NCBI GenBank assembly: GCA_030390025.1
Contig: CM059432.1
Location: forward strand, 142,230,001-142,294,000
Length of the DNA: 64,000 bases
Reading direction: 5' to 3'
Origin: Squalus acanthias
Lineage: Eukaryota
The notes under the pieces were generated by a model. The model ran no database searches and was not told the origin of the DNA. It saw only the letters and a program-made list of their open reading frames with translations. Below are positions 35,054 through 47,309 of the stretch, piece by piece. A program made the translations under genes and the position numbers. Each line of letters opens with the position of its first letter. Position 1 is the stretch's first letter.

Positions 35054-35548
35054 CCTTTGTCAATGGCCCTTCCTTTTTCCAGGACTGTCGGGCGAACCCA
35101 TTCATTCGGGATGACTGACAGTTCTTTTGTCACAGCCATGCGTTCTCTGGAGTTTTAACAAACCAGTTTTTCACATATCTGCACAGGGAGATCCCATCAC
35201 AGGGAAAATACCCTCAGAAAAATCCCATAAAGTCCACAAAATATACTCGACCCGAGTCCATTCTTCAAACAGAGACTTTGCGATCTCTTCAGGCTGGAGG
35301 AGATTACAGAGGTAGGGAGGGGCGAGGCCATGGAGGGACTTGAAAGCAAGGATGAGAATTTTAAAAATCGAGGCGTTGCTTAACCGGAAGCTAATGTAAG
35401 TCAGCGAGGATACAACAGCCCTTTAACCGACCTCTGCTCCTGTTGAGTGTGGCTCCCTGCTCGGAGTGTGGGTTTGGTGAATTTAATTTGCTGTCTCTTG
35501 CAACCAAGAGGTTCTGGTATTTTATATTTTTATTTTGTTTTGTTTCAG

Positions 35549-36178
35549 AAAGTTGCCTTTATCTCAAGAGGGCTGGAATACAAAGGGCTGGAAGTTATGT
35601 TACAGTTATATAAAGCTCTGGTTAGACCCCCATTTAGAGTAACCGTGTTCAGTTCTGGGCCCCACACCTCAGGAAGGATATATTGGCCTTGGAGGGGGAG
35701 CAGCGCAGATTCACCTGAATGATACTGGGGCTGTAAGGGTTAAATTATGAGGACAGGTTGCATAGACTAGTATTCCATTGAGTATAGAAGATTAAGGGTA
35801 ATCTAATCGAGGTGTTTAAGATGATTAAAGGATTTGATAGGGTAGAGAGAGAGAAACTATTTCCTCTGGTGGGGGACAGTCCAGAACAAGGGGGCATAAC
35901 CTTAAAATTAGAGCCAGGCCGTTCAGGGGTGATGTCAGGAAGCACTTCCTCACACAAAGGGTGGTGGAAATCTGGAACTCTCTCCCCCGAAAAGCTGCTG
36001 AGGCTGGTGTGGGGGGTCAATTGAAAATTTCAAAATTGAGATCGATAGATTTTTGTTGGGTAAGAGTATTAAGGGTTACGGAACCAAGGCGGGTGGATGG
36101 AGTTAAGATACAGATCAGCCAGGATCTAATTAAATGGAGGAACAGGCTCGAGGGGCTGAATGGCCTCCTGTTCCTGTG
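35549..36178 (+). mobile_element. CR1 LINE 3' fragment
   Basis: AFISRGLEYK..LYKALVRP; CR1 3'UTR. Confidence 0.88.
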
Positions 36179-36391
36179 TTTCTTTCCCCTCTATCCTGTC
36201 GTTTAAAATTTGTTGTATGCACAGTATTACTTGTTGCCAGATTTTAAGTTTGCTGAAGTTTTAAAATTTTTGACTTTGCACTACTTCCCTTCCCTTCCCC
36301 TGATCGCTAACGATCAATGTCCAGTTATGTTTCTGAAACAATAGCCTCTTCATTGGTTGGCGTGTCTGTGCGTTTTTGTTTTTTGGGGCAG

Positions 36392-36540
36392 GAAACACAC
36401 AGTTGGCGCTGCAGATCATCAAAAGGAATCAGCTGCTGCCCTCGGTGAAAACGCTGCCTTCTGATGTAAAAAAGAAACCAGTCTTTCAGTCCATCCAGAC
36501 TGTTCAACCGCCGTCGTTCAACACCGTCCAACGGAAGTGA
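36392..36540 (+). CDS. CNOT10: CNOT10 last coding exon with stop codon
   Basis: gcag|GA AAC...[55 protein letters not shown]; the 16 exons total 1941 nt in one open frame. Confidence 0.95.
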
Positions 36541-37014
36541 GACCTTCGACACCAATGTCCGCTTGTTTTCATCGAGTCGGCTTCCCAACTGGGAAAGAGG
36601 ATCGGGATGGGGTGGTGGAGGGGGAACAGGAAGAACCTCACCGTGAACTGTAATGGCTTTCGGTTAGCTGACAGGAAAATGCAAATTCTGCAACTGGCCC
36701 TTTGATAAAGCTGCGGACAGCATTTTGTTTTTTTGGTTTGAATCTAATTTAGATCTCAGCTGTATACCGGAGGTAGGACAGGGATAGATTCATAGTGTTT
36801 CCGGGATTTGAAGGTTGGTCGAGGTTTTTTTTTAACAAGTTTTATTCGGTATTGGTTTGTAATTGCAATATTTCTAGCTGTTCCGATTTGTTTCCTGTTA
36901 TATTTTCAGCTATTAAAGTGATGGAATGAATGCACTGTATGTTAAAGAACAGTTTTATATTGCCCTTTAGTTACCTCCATAAATACTGTGTGTATGTTAT
37001 AGAACACTTTTTTA

Positions 37015-37016
<2 letters not shown>

Positions 37017-37049
<33 letters not shown>
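37017..37049. repeat. (TA)n microsatellite in the CNOT10 3'UTR
   Basis: Direct inspection. Confidence 0.95.
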
Positions 37050-37051
<2 letters not shown>

Positions 37052-38009
37052 CCCTTTAGTCAAACAGCCGAGGAGATTGCCAGTTGAATTTTGGGAATAC
37101 AAAGTGAAAGATTGACAAATTAAACTGTAAATGACATTGTAAATATTTTTCCCGTTAAGTGGGATTTACAAATCCCTATGGTTCAGCTTCTAGGTGCTGG
37201 TGACGTAACCTGGCCAAGCTGAGAATGGGGGGAGGAGACTGCGAGACTGAACCAAATAAAAGCCTCCAGGAACACATATTTTCTTTTAAGTAACTATCAC
37301 AGATAATTTATGGGAGTTTCACTAACTGGGTTCGAGCGCCGTCCTAATCGGACTGCTAACTTTGTGTAAATAGTATTTTACCAAGCTTACGTTCACCGCT
37401 GCTTTTCAGTGGCGACTTTTTTTTTGAAGATATTCATTCCGTGTAAAGAAAAGGCCTAGAAGATATTAAAAAAAAAAAGTTGAATTATACCAAATAAAGG
37501 ACGATGAGCGTTTTATAGTGGAATTTTAATCGGGAAATACGGTAAATGGAATGTGCAGTCTCTACCGTAGGACCTCACTCTACCAAACTCCAGCCAACCA
37601 AAACTTGATTTACCAAAGGGGCTTCCCGACCACGATGATTCGCTCTCCTACGGGTAGTTCTCGGGCTGCCGATTGTTGCTGCTGGGTTTGGCTGTTTGAA
37701 TTCACCAACGAGGAAGCAGTGCCCAGGACCACCTTACCGGGACCGCTCAACGTCGGGCGAACCCAGCGGCAGCCCCCCGCCCTCGTGTAACTGCCCCGGT
37801 TAATACCAGAGAGCGAGCTGCAGCCAAGTACTGCCATAGCTATTGTGCCACAGACTCTCTCCGCCCCAGTAAACAGGCCACTGGCTTGGATTAGTGCAGG
37901 AGGGTGAGGTTCTAATGTATTGCAAAAATGTGACTAGTCATTACAGAGGTACTGGTAAATATAGCAAATAAAATGATATTTTGGAACAATAGTTGATTCT
38001 GCGATTGTG

Positions 38010-38015
38010 AATAAA
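38010..38015 (+). terminator. Likely distal polyadenylation signal of CNOT10
   Basis: AATAAA followed about 30 nt later by a U/GU-rich tract; repeats resume at about 38210. Confidence 0.5.
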
Positions 38016-39090
38016 GTACAAGCATAGTGAAATGTCCACTGTGCTGATCTTTTTCTATCTTCTCTCCTTATGGTCGCTTTGCTTTAGTTGTGAGCTGCTG
38101 CTGTTGAACCTCTGTCTACACTACTCCCGATAAGGGCATTGGATATTCACTGTCTTGTGTTTTTAATTCTGTCCCTTGGATGAGGCATTAAGATGAGGTC
38201 TCATCTATTGTAGGAACATGATCAGGAGTAGACCATTCAGCCCCCTCGAGCTTGTACCATCCTTCAATCTGTATCTTAGCTCCATCTAGCCGCCTTGGTT
38301 CCAAAACCCTTAATACCCTAGCCTAACGAAAATCTGTCAGTCTCAGTTTTGAAATTTTCAATTGACCCCCCCAGCCTCAACAGCTTTTTGGGGGAGTGCG
38401 TTCCAGATTTCCCCGACCCTTTGTGTGAAGAAGTGCTTCCTGACATCGCCCCTGAACGGCTTGGCTCTAATTTTTAAGGTTATGGCCCCTTGTTCCGGAC
38501 TCCCCTTCCTCCTCCACACCCCCACCCCCCTCAACCAGAGGAAATAGTTTCCTGATATTCATCTACTCTTATTGATGATCAATTGTTGTAATCTCGATTT
38601 AAAAAAATATACATGCAGTTTAGTTCCTTTTGGAAAAACAACTCTAAATGGAGTCAAAGTTCCACAGTTAAATACTCTCCGGAATAAAAACCCCAAGGAT
38701 TTTGGAGTGGCTTCACCTGGCTACCTAAAAATGGGAGCTCAAACTCATTATATTAAATAAACCTAAAGAAAAACAGCTTTTTAATTTTAAAAGGGGAAAT
38801 TACTTTAAATATTTTAGAAAAATTCCAAAGAACTGACCCCTCTCTCTTTCCGCCCCACCCACATTTTTGCCTTCTCATGTTCTCGTGATTCCTTCGCAAT
38901 AAGTTTTCCCACATGGTGTCCCGTTCTCCGTCAGTCTCCATGGAGGCTGCAGACCAGCCCTTTGGCTAACCCTGAGCATGCAGTACCTCAGTTTAACCAC
39001 CAAGGGGCAGGCTGGGTCTGTGCAGGAAGAAGCCCTGGTCAATTTGACCAGTGGCCAACTCCAGACTGGTGAAAGTGAAAGGGTGCTCTC

Positions 39091-39655
39091 TACAACAACG
39101 AAACTTGCATTTATATAGCACCTTTTAACGTAGTAAAACATCCCAAGGCGCTTCACAGGAGCAGTAAAAATGTTTTGACACTGAGCCACGTAAGGGGATA
39201 TTAGGGCAGGTGACCAAAAGCTTGGTCAGAGATAGGTTTTTAAGGAGCGCCTTAAAGGAGGCTAGAGAGGCGGAGAGGTTTAGGGAGGGAATTCCAGAGC
39301 TTGGGGCCTTGGCAGCTGAAGGCACGGCCACCAATGGTGGAGCGATGGAAGTGGGGGATGTTCAAGAGGCCAGAATTGGAGGAGCGCAGAGATCTCGAAG
39401 GGTTGTAGGGCTGGAGATTACAGAGATAGGGAGGGGCGAGGCCATGGATGGATTTGAAAACCAGGATGAAAATGTTAAAATCAAGGCGTTGCTTAACTGG
39501 GAGCCAATGGAGGTCAGCGAGCACAGGGGTGATGGGTGAATTGAATTTGGTGCGAGTTAGGACACGGACAGCAGAGTTTTGGATGACCCAAGTTTACGGA
39601 GTGTAGAATGTGGGAGGCCGGCCAGGAGTGCGTTGGAATAGTCAAGTCTAGAGGA
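39091..39655 (-). mobile_element. L2 LINE 3' fragment
   Basis: ORF 39252-39524 LADLHWLPVKQRLDF. Confidence 0.88.
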
Positions 39656-40686
39656 AAGTAAGTGCAGAACTAATGGCGACGGCGGTATTCTCGTTGGATT
39701 CGTGTTTCAACATTGTAGCTCCTGAGGTGTCCTTGAACTCTCCGTAGATGAACAACTCATGGGAGAGTCACTTCACTATGACCTTTAGATGTCCCCCAGC
39801 ACTTGCCACCACCAGCCTCTTTATCTTTTAAAAGGTTGTTTTAAAAAAATAAAAAATAATTCTCGGGATGTGGGTGTTGCTGGCAGGGCCAACATTTATT
39901 GCCCATCCCTAGTTGCCCCTTGAGAAGGTGGTGGTGAGCCGGCTTGAGCCGCTGCGGTTTTGATATAACTGAGTGTCTTACTTAAGCCACTCTAGAGGGA
40001 CAGTTAAGAGTCAGAGGTAGGCCCAGACCGAGTAAGGATGGCAGGTTTCCTTCCCTAAAGGACATTAGTGAACCAGTTGGGTTTTTACGACAATCCGACA
40101 GCTTCATGGTCACTTTTTCTGAAACCAGCTTTTTCATTTCAGATTATTTATTTTAAAAACTGAATTAAAGTTCTCAAACTGCCTGTGATGTGATTTGAAT
40201 CTGGATTGCTAGTCCAGTGACCTAACCACGACACTGCTGTACCCAACCATTAGCTGCTCCTATAGCTTGTTTGACTCGACATTTGCCCGTTATGTTTAAC
40301 CTCCTCCTCATTGTTTTGGCCAGTTCTATGAAGAGGCCGCTCTTGCTTTCCATTTTGATTCTGCTAAAGGGTCTCTGCCCAGAGCTTCAGGCTGCCTTTA
40401 CGCTTTCTTGCAGTTTTTGGTTTTATTTCAGATTTCCAGCTTTTGTATTTTTTTTTTAAAAACAAAACACTTTTTGGCCCTATTGATGGAGGCTTCATAA
40501 TTTAAGAAAAAATGGAAGAGAAAGACCATTTGGCCCATCCAGTCTGTTCCTGCCACACATTGTGTATAATCTGCTCTATGATGCTCTGCACCCAAATTGT
40601 TCAAACGTCTTGAGAGATTGTGCAAAGTTCCACCCTTCCAAAAGGTAAGTCGCGTAAAGCTCTGGAATATCCTACATGATATAGAG

Positions 40687-40885
40687 TCGGCTGTGGCTCA
40701 GTGAGTAGCGCGCTCACCTCAGAGTCTGGTTGTGGGTTCAAGTCCCACTCCAGGGCACAAAATCCAGGCTGACACTCCCAGCGCAGAGCTGAGGGAGTGC
40801 TGCGCTGTCGGAGATGTCGTCTTTCGGATGAGACGTTCAACTGAGGCCCTGTCTGCCCCTCGGGTGGGCATAAAATATCCCATGG
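40687..40885 (+). mobile_element. Deu-type SINE, 5' half
   Basis: A box tggctcagtg, B box ggttcaagtcc. Confidence 0.8.
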
Positions 40886-40889
40886 TCGT

Positions 40890-41345
40890 GAGTGGGATTT
40901 GATTAGGCGGGATGTTAAAGGGTATGGGGCATGAACAGGAGAGTGGGATTAGACTGGGTGGGATATTAAAGGGTATGGGGAGTGGGCTGGATAGTAAAGG
41001 GTATGGGGAGCGAGCGGGTGAGTGGGATTAGACTCTGTGGGATATTGAAGGGTATCGGGAGAGTGGGATATTAAAGGGTATGGGGAGTGGGATTAGACTG
41101 AGTGGGATATTAAAGGGTATGGGGAGTGGGCTGGATAGTAAAGGGTATGGGGAGCGAGCGGGTGAGTGGGATTAGACTCTGTGGGATATTGAAGGGTATC
41201 GGGAGAGTGGGATTAGACTGAGTGGGATATTAAAGGGTATGGGGAGTGGGCTGGATAGTAAAGGGTATGGGGAGCGAGCGGGTGAGTGGGATTAGACTGT
41301 GTGAGGTCGTAAAGGGTATGAGGAGCGAGTGGGATTAGACTAGGG
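40890..41345 (+). repeat. Minisatellite derived from a CR1 3' end, with 120-bp higher-order repeat
   Basis: Reiterated aagggtatggggag / gagtgggattagactg; 41101-41160 identical to 41221-41280. Confidence 0.85.
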
Positions 41346-41744
41346 GGCTCATGGAGAAGAGCACCAGCTTCTGGTTATATGTAATTGCTTTGCAGATAGA
41401 ATTATGAGGCTATATATCCTGTCCAAAAAGATGGCCAGCTCAAGTGGAATGTGTCCTAACTTTCCCAAGGTAGTTGGGCCAAACGGCCTGTTTCTGTGCC
41501 GGAACATTATGATTCTACATTATTAACGCCAACTATTCCATTTCTCACTGATGCCAGGAGGTTTAATTGCTGTGTCATCTTGGAATTAATTAGAGAATCT
41601 GTCGGCATTACTTTTGACATCCTGTGTAATTCATCCCCGAGACTCCACGTCGAGCAGCGTCTGGAAGCCTTGTCCCTTGTTAATCCTCAGTACTGTACCT
41701 TGTAAATCTTTCGCATGTTCCAATGGACTGAGAAAGGGGAAAAA

Positions 41745-42110
41745 AAAGAAAGAACTTGCATTTTTCTATAGTGCCTTTTGTGACCTTAGGGCGTCCCAAA
41801 GTGCTTTACAGCCACTGAAGTACTTTTGAAGTGTGGTCACTGTTGTAATGTAGGAAACGCGGCAGTCATTTTGCGCACAGCAAGCTCCCACAAACAGCAA
41901 TGTGATAATGACCAGATAATCTGTATTAGTGATGTTGATTGAGAGATAAATGTTAGCCAGGAACTCCCATGCTCTTCTTCAAATAGTGGCAGCGGGATCT
42001 TTTATGTCCACCAGAGCGGGCACGAAAGACGACACCTTCCGACAGTGCAGCACTCCCTCAGTAACTGCACTGGGAGTGTCAGCCTGGATTGTGCGCTCAC
42101 ATCCGTGGAG
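41745..42110 (-). mobile_element. Deu-type SINE
   Basis: Same consensus. Confidence 0.82.
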
Positions 42111-42970
42111 CACGTACAATAAATATAACAAATAAGTGCAGCACCTATCAAACTACGACTTCTGACGGGAAGAACATTCATCAGTTGATTTTTGTCAAAT
42201 GCAAATGAAGCAAAGATGTTCTGGCAGTTTAAGTAAGCTGGGGACAAATAATATATAATTCAAAATGAGAAGCATGATGTGAGAGATTGGCTTTCTTCCC
42301 TTAACCTCATTAGGAAGCTGAACGGTTGCCCAGCTAGAATATATACGAGGAATATTCTCACAAAGACCAGCTGTGCACGGGAAGGAACAGTCCTTATACC
42401 ACACTCAGCTGTTGTCCTCATTTATTATCTCACCTGCTGACTGAGAAGACTGAAAGGAAGTAAGACACCTCTTTATTTTATTACAGCAGAAAATGCTGTT
42501 GGAAAATAGTCTAAATCTGCACCTCATTTAAGTCTTTACTTAGTAATTGCTTCGCTTCGCAAAGTAATTGGTGTCGGCAAATGGAGAATATAATTTGGCA
42601 AAAAAACAGGGACCGTTGGAAGCAGTGTGGTTGCACGGGTTTGACCTGCTCCGGCAGCTCCTCGGTAAATTGATACGTAACCTTTTTTTTTCTGCAGTGA
42701 AAAGAGTTTCTTTTTCTTTTGCTCTCCCGCCTAGTCTAACCGTTGAGAATCGCAGCCACCTGGCCTTGGAGATCCCTCCGTGAGCTCGACCGGGGAGTCA
42801 GACCCGAAAAAACTACCTTCACCGCATGGACTGCAGCAGTTCAGGAAGGCAGCTCACCACCACCTTCTCGAGGGCAATTAGGGATGGGCAATAAATGTCG
42901 GCCTTGCCGGCGACACCCACATCCCATGAATGAATTAAAAAAAAAGGGGCCCATTCCCTCTATCAAAGTT

Positions 42971-43645
42971 GGGCTCAAATTTCCTGCCGGTCTGGTTAGA
43001 ATCCGCAGGAGCAGAAAACGGCCATGAATCAGCATAAATAATCGTCGGGCCGAGGAAGGAGCTAAACTCACCGCACATTCTGTGTCTCGGTATGAAAATT
43101 TAAGTTTCAACTCATTGAACCATCATTCAGGCGCAACGTGGTTAAGGACCAGCGAGCGGGGAGGCTACTCAATTTTTTATGTGACTTATACTCTACTCAA
43201 TTTTTTATGTGACTTATACATTCAAAGAAACCGAAAATGCGGAGCAGGTCTCACTGAGGGTAAATTAAAAAAAAAATAAAACCCCTCACAAAATCGCTAT
43301 GAAACACTGGGTTAAAAAAATACACTACCCTGTTTCCTGCTGCACCTTAAAAACCTGACAGTAATTGGAAGAGAGTCTGTGAGCAAAGCGGGACTACGGG
43401 AAACTCGCCAGTAAGGCTCCCATACTGTGGGGGAATGGGGCCAGTATTGTGGGCGAAGCTTGGTTCAGGTGGAGGGATCGGCAAACGGCAGTAAAAGATG
43501 GCGGCGGTGCGGGTGTATTGTACTCACGCCCGTAATTTGCTAACTCCCCCAAAAGTCTGCGATCTTTCAGGCCGCATGTTTGATTTGCGTCCACCCCCCG
43601 CAGATTGTGGGCGTCTGCGGGATTGAATTCGCAGGAAATTCCAAT
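42971..43645. mobile_element. Probable degenerate MITE
   Basis: Inverted aatttcctgc (42978-42987) / gcaggaaatt (43631-43640) near both ends; CpG-rich interior; TSD not resolved. Confidence 0.4.
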
Positions 43646-44230
43646 AGCTTGCTGTCGACATATTTATAATCATGACATCGCCTGGCCTTGTGAATAAATA
43701 CAAATGAAATTAGCGCTGCGACGTGTTTGCTGAAAGTGGCTCTCATGGGTCAGCCTGAGGACCCAGATTCCTGACTGCCAATGATATTCACCTGAAATTG
43801 ACGTGGAAATCACACGAGAGAGAGAGAGAGAGAGCGAGGATGCAACAGCGTTACGACCTGCGTACGTGTTAGTCAGTAGCTCCCAAGCCCCAGTGAACTT
43901 GCCTCCTACAGACTGGGTCACAGTGTGTGAAGGAATAATGAATCAAGTAACCAGCAAGGAGGACAGAGAACCGTAAAATCCTACAGCACAGAAGGGGGCC
44001 ATTCGAAAGAGCTATCCAATCAGTCCCAACCCCCCTGCTCTTTTCCCCCATAGCCTGAAAATTTTTCCTTTTGAAAGTTATTATTGAGTCTGCCTCCACC
44101 ACCCTTTCAGGCAGTGCATTCCCGATCACAACAACTCGCTGCGTAAAATAAATCCTCCTCATCTCCCCTCTGGTTCTTTTGCCAACGACCTTAGATCTGT
44201 GTCCCCTATTTACCGACCCTCCTGCCATGA
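43633..44230. repeat. Dispersed duplication, copy 2 (probable source)
   Basis: Highly similar to 12885-13460. Confidence 0.9.
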
Positions 44231-44332
44231 TTCTGAACGCCTCTATTAAATCTCTCCTTCACCTTCTCTGCTCCAAGAAGAATAATCCCACAACTGCACT
44301 CTCGATCAGACAGCAAGTGAAGAAAGTTGAAG

Positions 44333-44643
44333 CCTCCTACAACCCTCCAAGATCTCTGCGCTCCTCCAATTCTGAACTCTTGCGCATCCCCAATTTTAAT
44401 CACCTCACCATTGGCGGCTGTTCCTTCAGCTGCCTGGGCCCTAAGCTCCGGAATTCCCTCCCGAAACCTCTCCACCTCCTTTAAGATGCTCCTTATAAAC
44501 TACCTCTTTGACCAAGCTTTAGGTCACCTGTCCTAATATCTGATTATGTGGCTCAGTGTTAAATTTTGTTTGGTAATGCTTCTGTGAAGCACCTTGGGTC
44601 GTTTTACTACGAAAAATACCCTATATAAGTGCAAGTTGTTGTA
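44333..44643 (+). mobile_element. L2 LINE 3' fragment
   Basis: Same family. Confidence 0.82.
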
Positions 44644-44979
44644 AGAATGCAAGCTTTTTCTAATACAGTACGGTAACAGCGGCACCTGCTATTCCTAGTT
44701 CCTACACCAGATGGTGCTGTTACTCTTGCTCCAGCGGTGGAGCTGAAAGCTCTTTCAGCAAACACAGCTGGAAGAGTTACTGGCCGCGCGCGGCTGGCTG
44801 TATCTCCTCCGTCAGTTTTCCGATGGATCTGGGGTGGACAGTGCTGGAAAAGTCCTCAGGAACACATCCCACCGTGTCCCCTTCCTCGCCCTCTGTCCCC
44901 TGACGGGGAGCCCAGTGGTGCAAATGGGTTCATGCAAGACAGCTTGAATGATGGATATTTGGCCTCCTACAGAAACGAC

Positions 44980-45600
44980 AAGTAATGAAAAAGGCCAATG
45001 GAATGTTGGCCTTTATCTCAAGAGGGCTGGAATACAAAGGGGTGGACGTCATGCTTCAGTTGTATAGAAGCCTTGGTTAGACCCCACCTGGAGTAACTGC
45101 GTTCAGTTCTGGGCACCGCACCTCAGGAAGGATATATTGGCCTTGGAGGGGGTGCAGCGCAGATTCACCAGAATGATACCAGGGTTAAATGATGAGGGCA
45201 AGTTGCATAGACTGGGCTTGTATTCCCTTGAAGGGAGCATAGCCGTAAAATTAGAGCGAGGCTGTTCAGGGGTGAGGTCAGGAAGCAGATTTTTGCAAGA
45301 TAAGGGAGTGAAGGGTTATGGGGAGCGGGCGGGGAAGTGGCTTTGAGCCCAAGATCAGCCACGATCTTATTGAATGGCAGAGCAGGCTCGAGGGGCCGAG
45401 TGGCCTATTCCTGCTCCTATTTCTTATGTTCTTCACACAAAGGGCAGTGGAAATCTGGAAAACTCTCCTCCAAAAGGCTGTGGATCTTTCAAGACTGAGA
45501 TCGATAGATTTTTTGGTCGGCAAGAGGATCAAGGGATATGGAGCGAAGGTGGATAAATGGAGTTGAGGTGCGGATCAGCCAGGATCTAATTGAATGTTGC
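44980..45600 (+). mobile_element. Rearranged CR1 3' fragments
   Basis: ALEGVQRRFTRMIPG; two 3'UTR pieces. Confidence 0.8.
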
Positions 45601-45940
45601 TTGAATTGCACCCAAGAGCTTGTCTGTGAAAAAGAAAGAACTTGCCTTTCTATACCACCTTTCACCACACCCCAAGGCACTTTACAGCCAATGAAGTACT
45701 TTTTGAAGTGTAGTCACTGTTGTGATGTAGGGAAACACGAGGTGCCACAAACAGCAATGTGATAATGACCAGGTAATCTGTGTTTTAGTGACGATGGCTA
45801 AACATTGGCCAGGGCACCAGGGAGAAATCCCCTATTCTTCTTAGAAATAGTGCAGTGGGATCTTTTACTTCCGCCCGAGATGGCGGAGGGGGCCTCGGTT
45901 TAACGGCAGTACTGGCACTCGGGAACCTCAGCCAGGATTA

Positions 45941-46473
45941 TAGAAACATAGAATCATAGAAGATAGGAGCAGGAGTAGGCCATTCGGCCCCTCGAGCCTG
46001 CTCCGCCATTCGATGAGATCATGGCTGATCATCCAAATTCAGTACCCTGTCCCTGCTTTCTCCCCGTATCCCTTGATCCTTTTAGCCTTAAGAAATATAT
46101 CTAACTCCTTCTTGAATATATTTAATGACTTGGCCTCAACTACCTTCTGTGGTAGAGAATTCCACAGGTTCACCACTCTCTGGGTGAAGAAATTCCTCCT
46201 CATCTCTGTCCTAAATGGCTTACCCCTTATCCTTAGACTGTGACCCCTGGTTCTGGACTCCCCCGCCATCGGGAACATCCTTCCTGCATCTAGTTTATCC
46301 TGTCCTGTCAGAATTTTATAAGTTTCAATGAGATCCCCTCTCATTCTTCTAAACTCCAGCGAGTATAAGCCCAATCAACCCAATCTCTCCTCATACGTCA
46401 TTCCTGCCATCCCAGGTATCAGCCTGGTGAATCTTCGCTGAACTCCTTCCATGGCAAGAACATCCTTCCTCAG
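45941..46473 (-). mobile_element. CR1 3' fragment inserted into a SINE
   Basis: ORF 46039-46374; SINE body at 45630-45940 and head at 46475-46563 flank it. Confidence 0.88.
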
Positions 46474-47309
46474 ATTATGTGCTCAAGTCTCGTGGAGTGG
46501 GAGCTTGAACCCACAACCTTCTGCCTCTACAAGGCGAGCGAGTGCTACCAACTGAGCCACGGTTGCTGTCAGCAAGCGGCTATTGTGCGGCGCGTTATAA
46601 GATGACCGGCGACGTGACCGTGTGCGCACACTACAAGGACTTGTAATACTCCCCAAACATTCCTTCGCGATATTGACTCGCGATTTATGCTTTGCTGTTT
46701 TGGTTTCATGCTCCTGCTGTGTGAATAATGAATGCAGTCGTGTGTTTAATGGATGTTCGTCCAGCAGGAAATTAAAATACTGTGAACGGAGGATCGAAGT
46801 AACTCTTGATAGGCTAATAAAAACGATACATGCGACGGTCCAGCTGAAGCTCATTGATTGCTGCGTGGTGGAACAGTGACACATTTGTGAGTGTCGGTCT
46901 GTCTGAAACCTGGTCACTACTTCAGCTCCCTCCCCGCACTGATCACCGTGTCCGCACCAAGCAATCGTATTGCTTTCAGTGATGAGAAGAGAATTTATTG
47001 TTGAATACCGATGAATTGAAATCTCCCATTTCTTTTTTGTGTAGTGAAGAATCCTGCCGCCAGGCAATAAAAAGAACATTTTAAATTAAAATCTGGCATG
47101 GAAGTTTAAGGGGAGATTTGATAGAGGTGTTCAAAACCATGAAGTGTTTTGATAAGAGTAAATAAGGAGAAACTGTTTCCACTGGCAGGAGGGTCGGTAA
47201 CCAGAGGACACAGATTTAAAGTCATTGGCAAAAGAACCATAGAGGGGAGATTTTTTTTTAGGCAGCGATTTCCAATGTGCTGCCTCAATGTGAGGTGGAT
47301 GCAGATTCA

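Larger units (their letters stand above)
33958..35291 (-). mobile_element. Solo LTR, ERV-like
   Basis: TG...CA ends; 4-bp TSD ggct at 33954-33957 and 35292-35295 splitting an L2 copy; minus-strand CCAAT 34671-34675, TATAAA 34555-34560, AATAAA 34108-34113 in U3-R-U5 order. Confidence 0.8.
33631..35408 (-). mobile_element. L2 LINE 3' fragment split by the solo LTR (33631-33957, 35292-35408)
   Basis: Sequence is continuous across the ggct TSD. Confidence 0.85.
36541..38040 (+). other. CNOT10: CNOT10 3'UTR (end approximate)
   Basis: About 1.5 kb without recognisable transposons after the stop; AATAAA at 37255, 37493, 37967 and 38010. Confidence 0.6.

Noticed and set aside
46483..47079. 198-aa minus-strand ORF
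   Set aside because: No recognisable domain, ends in a SINE, no splice support
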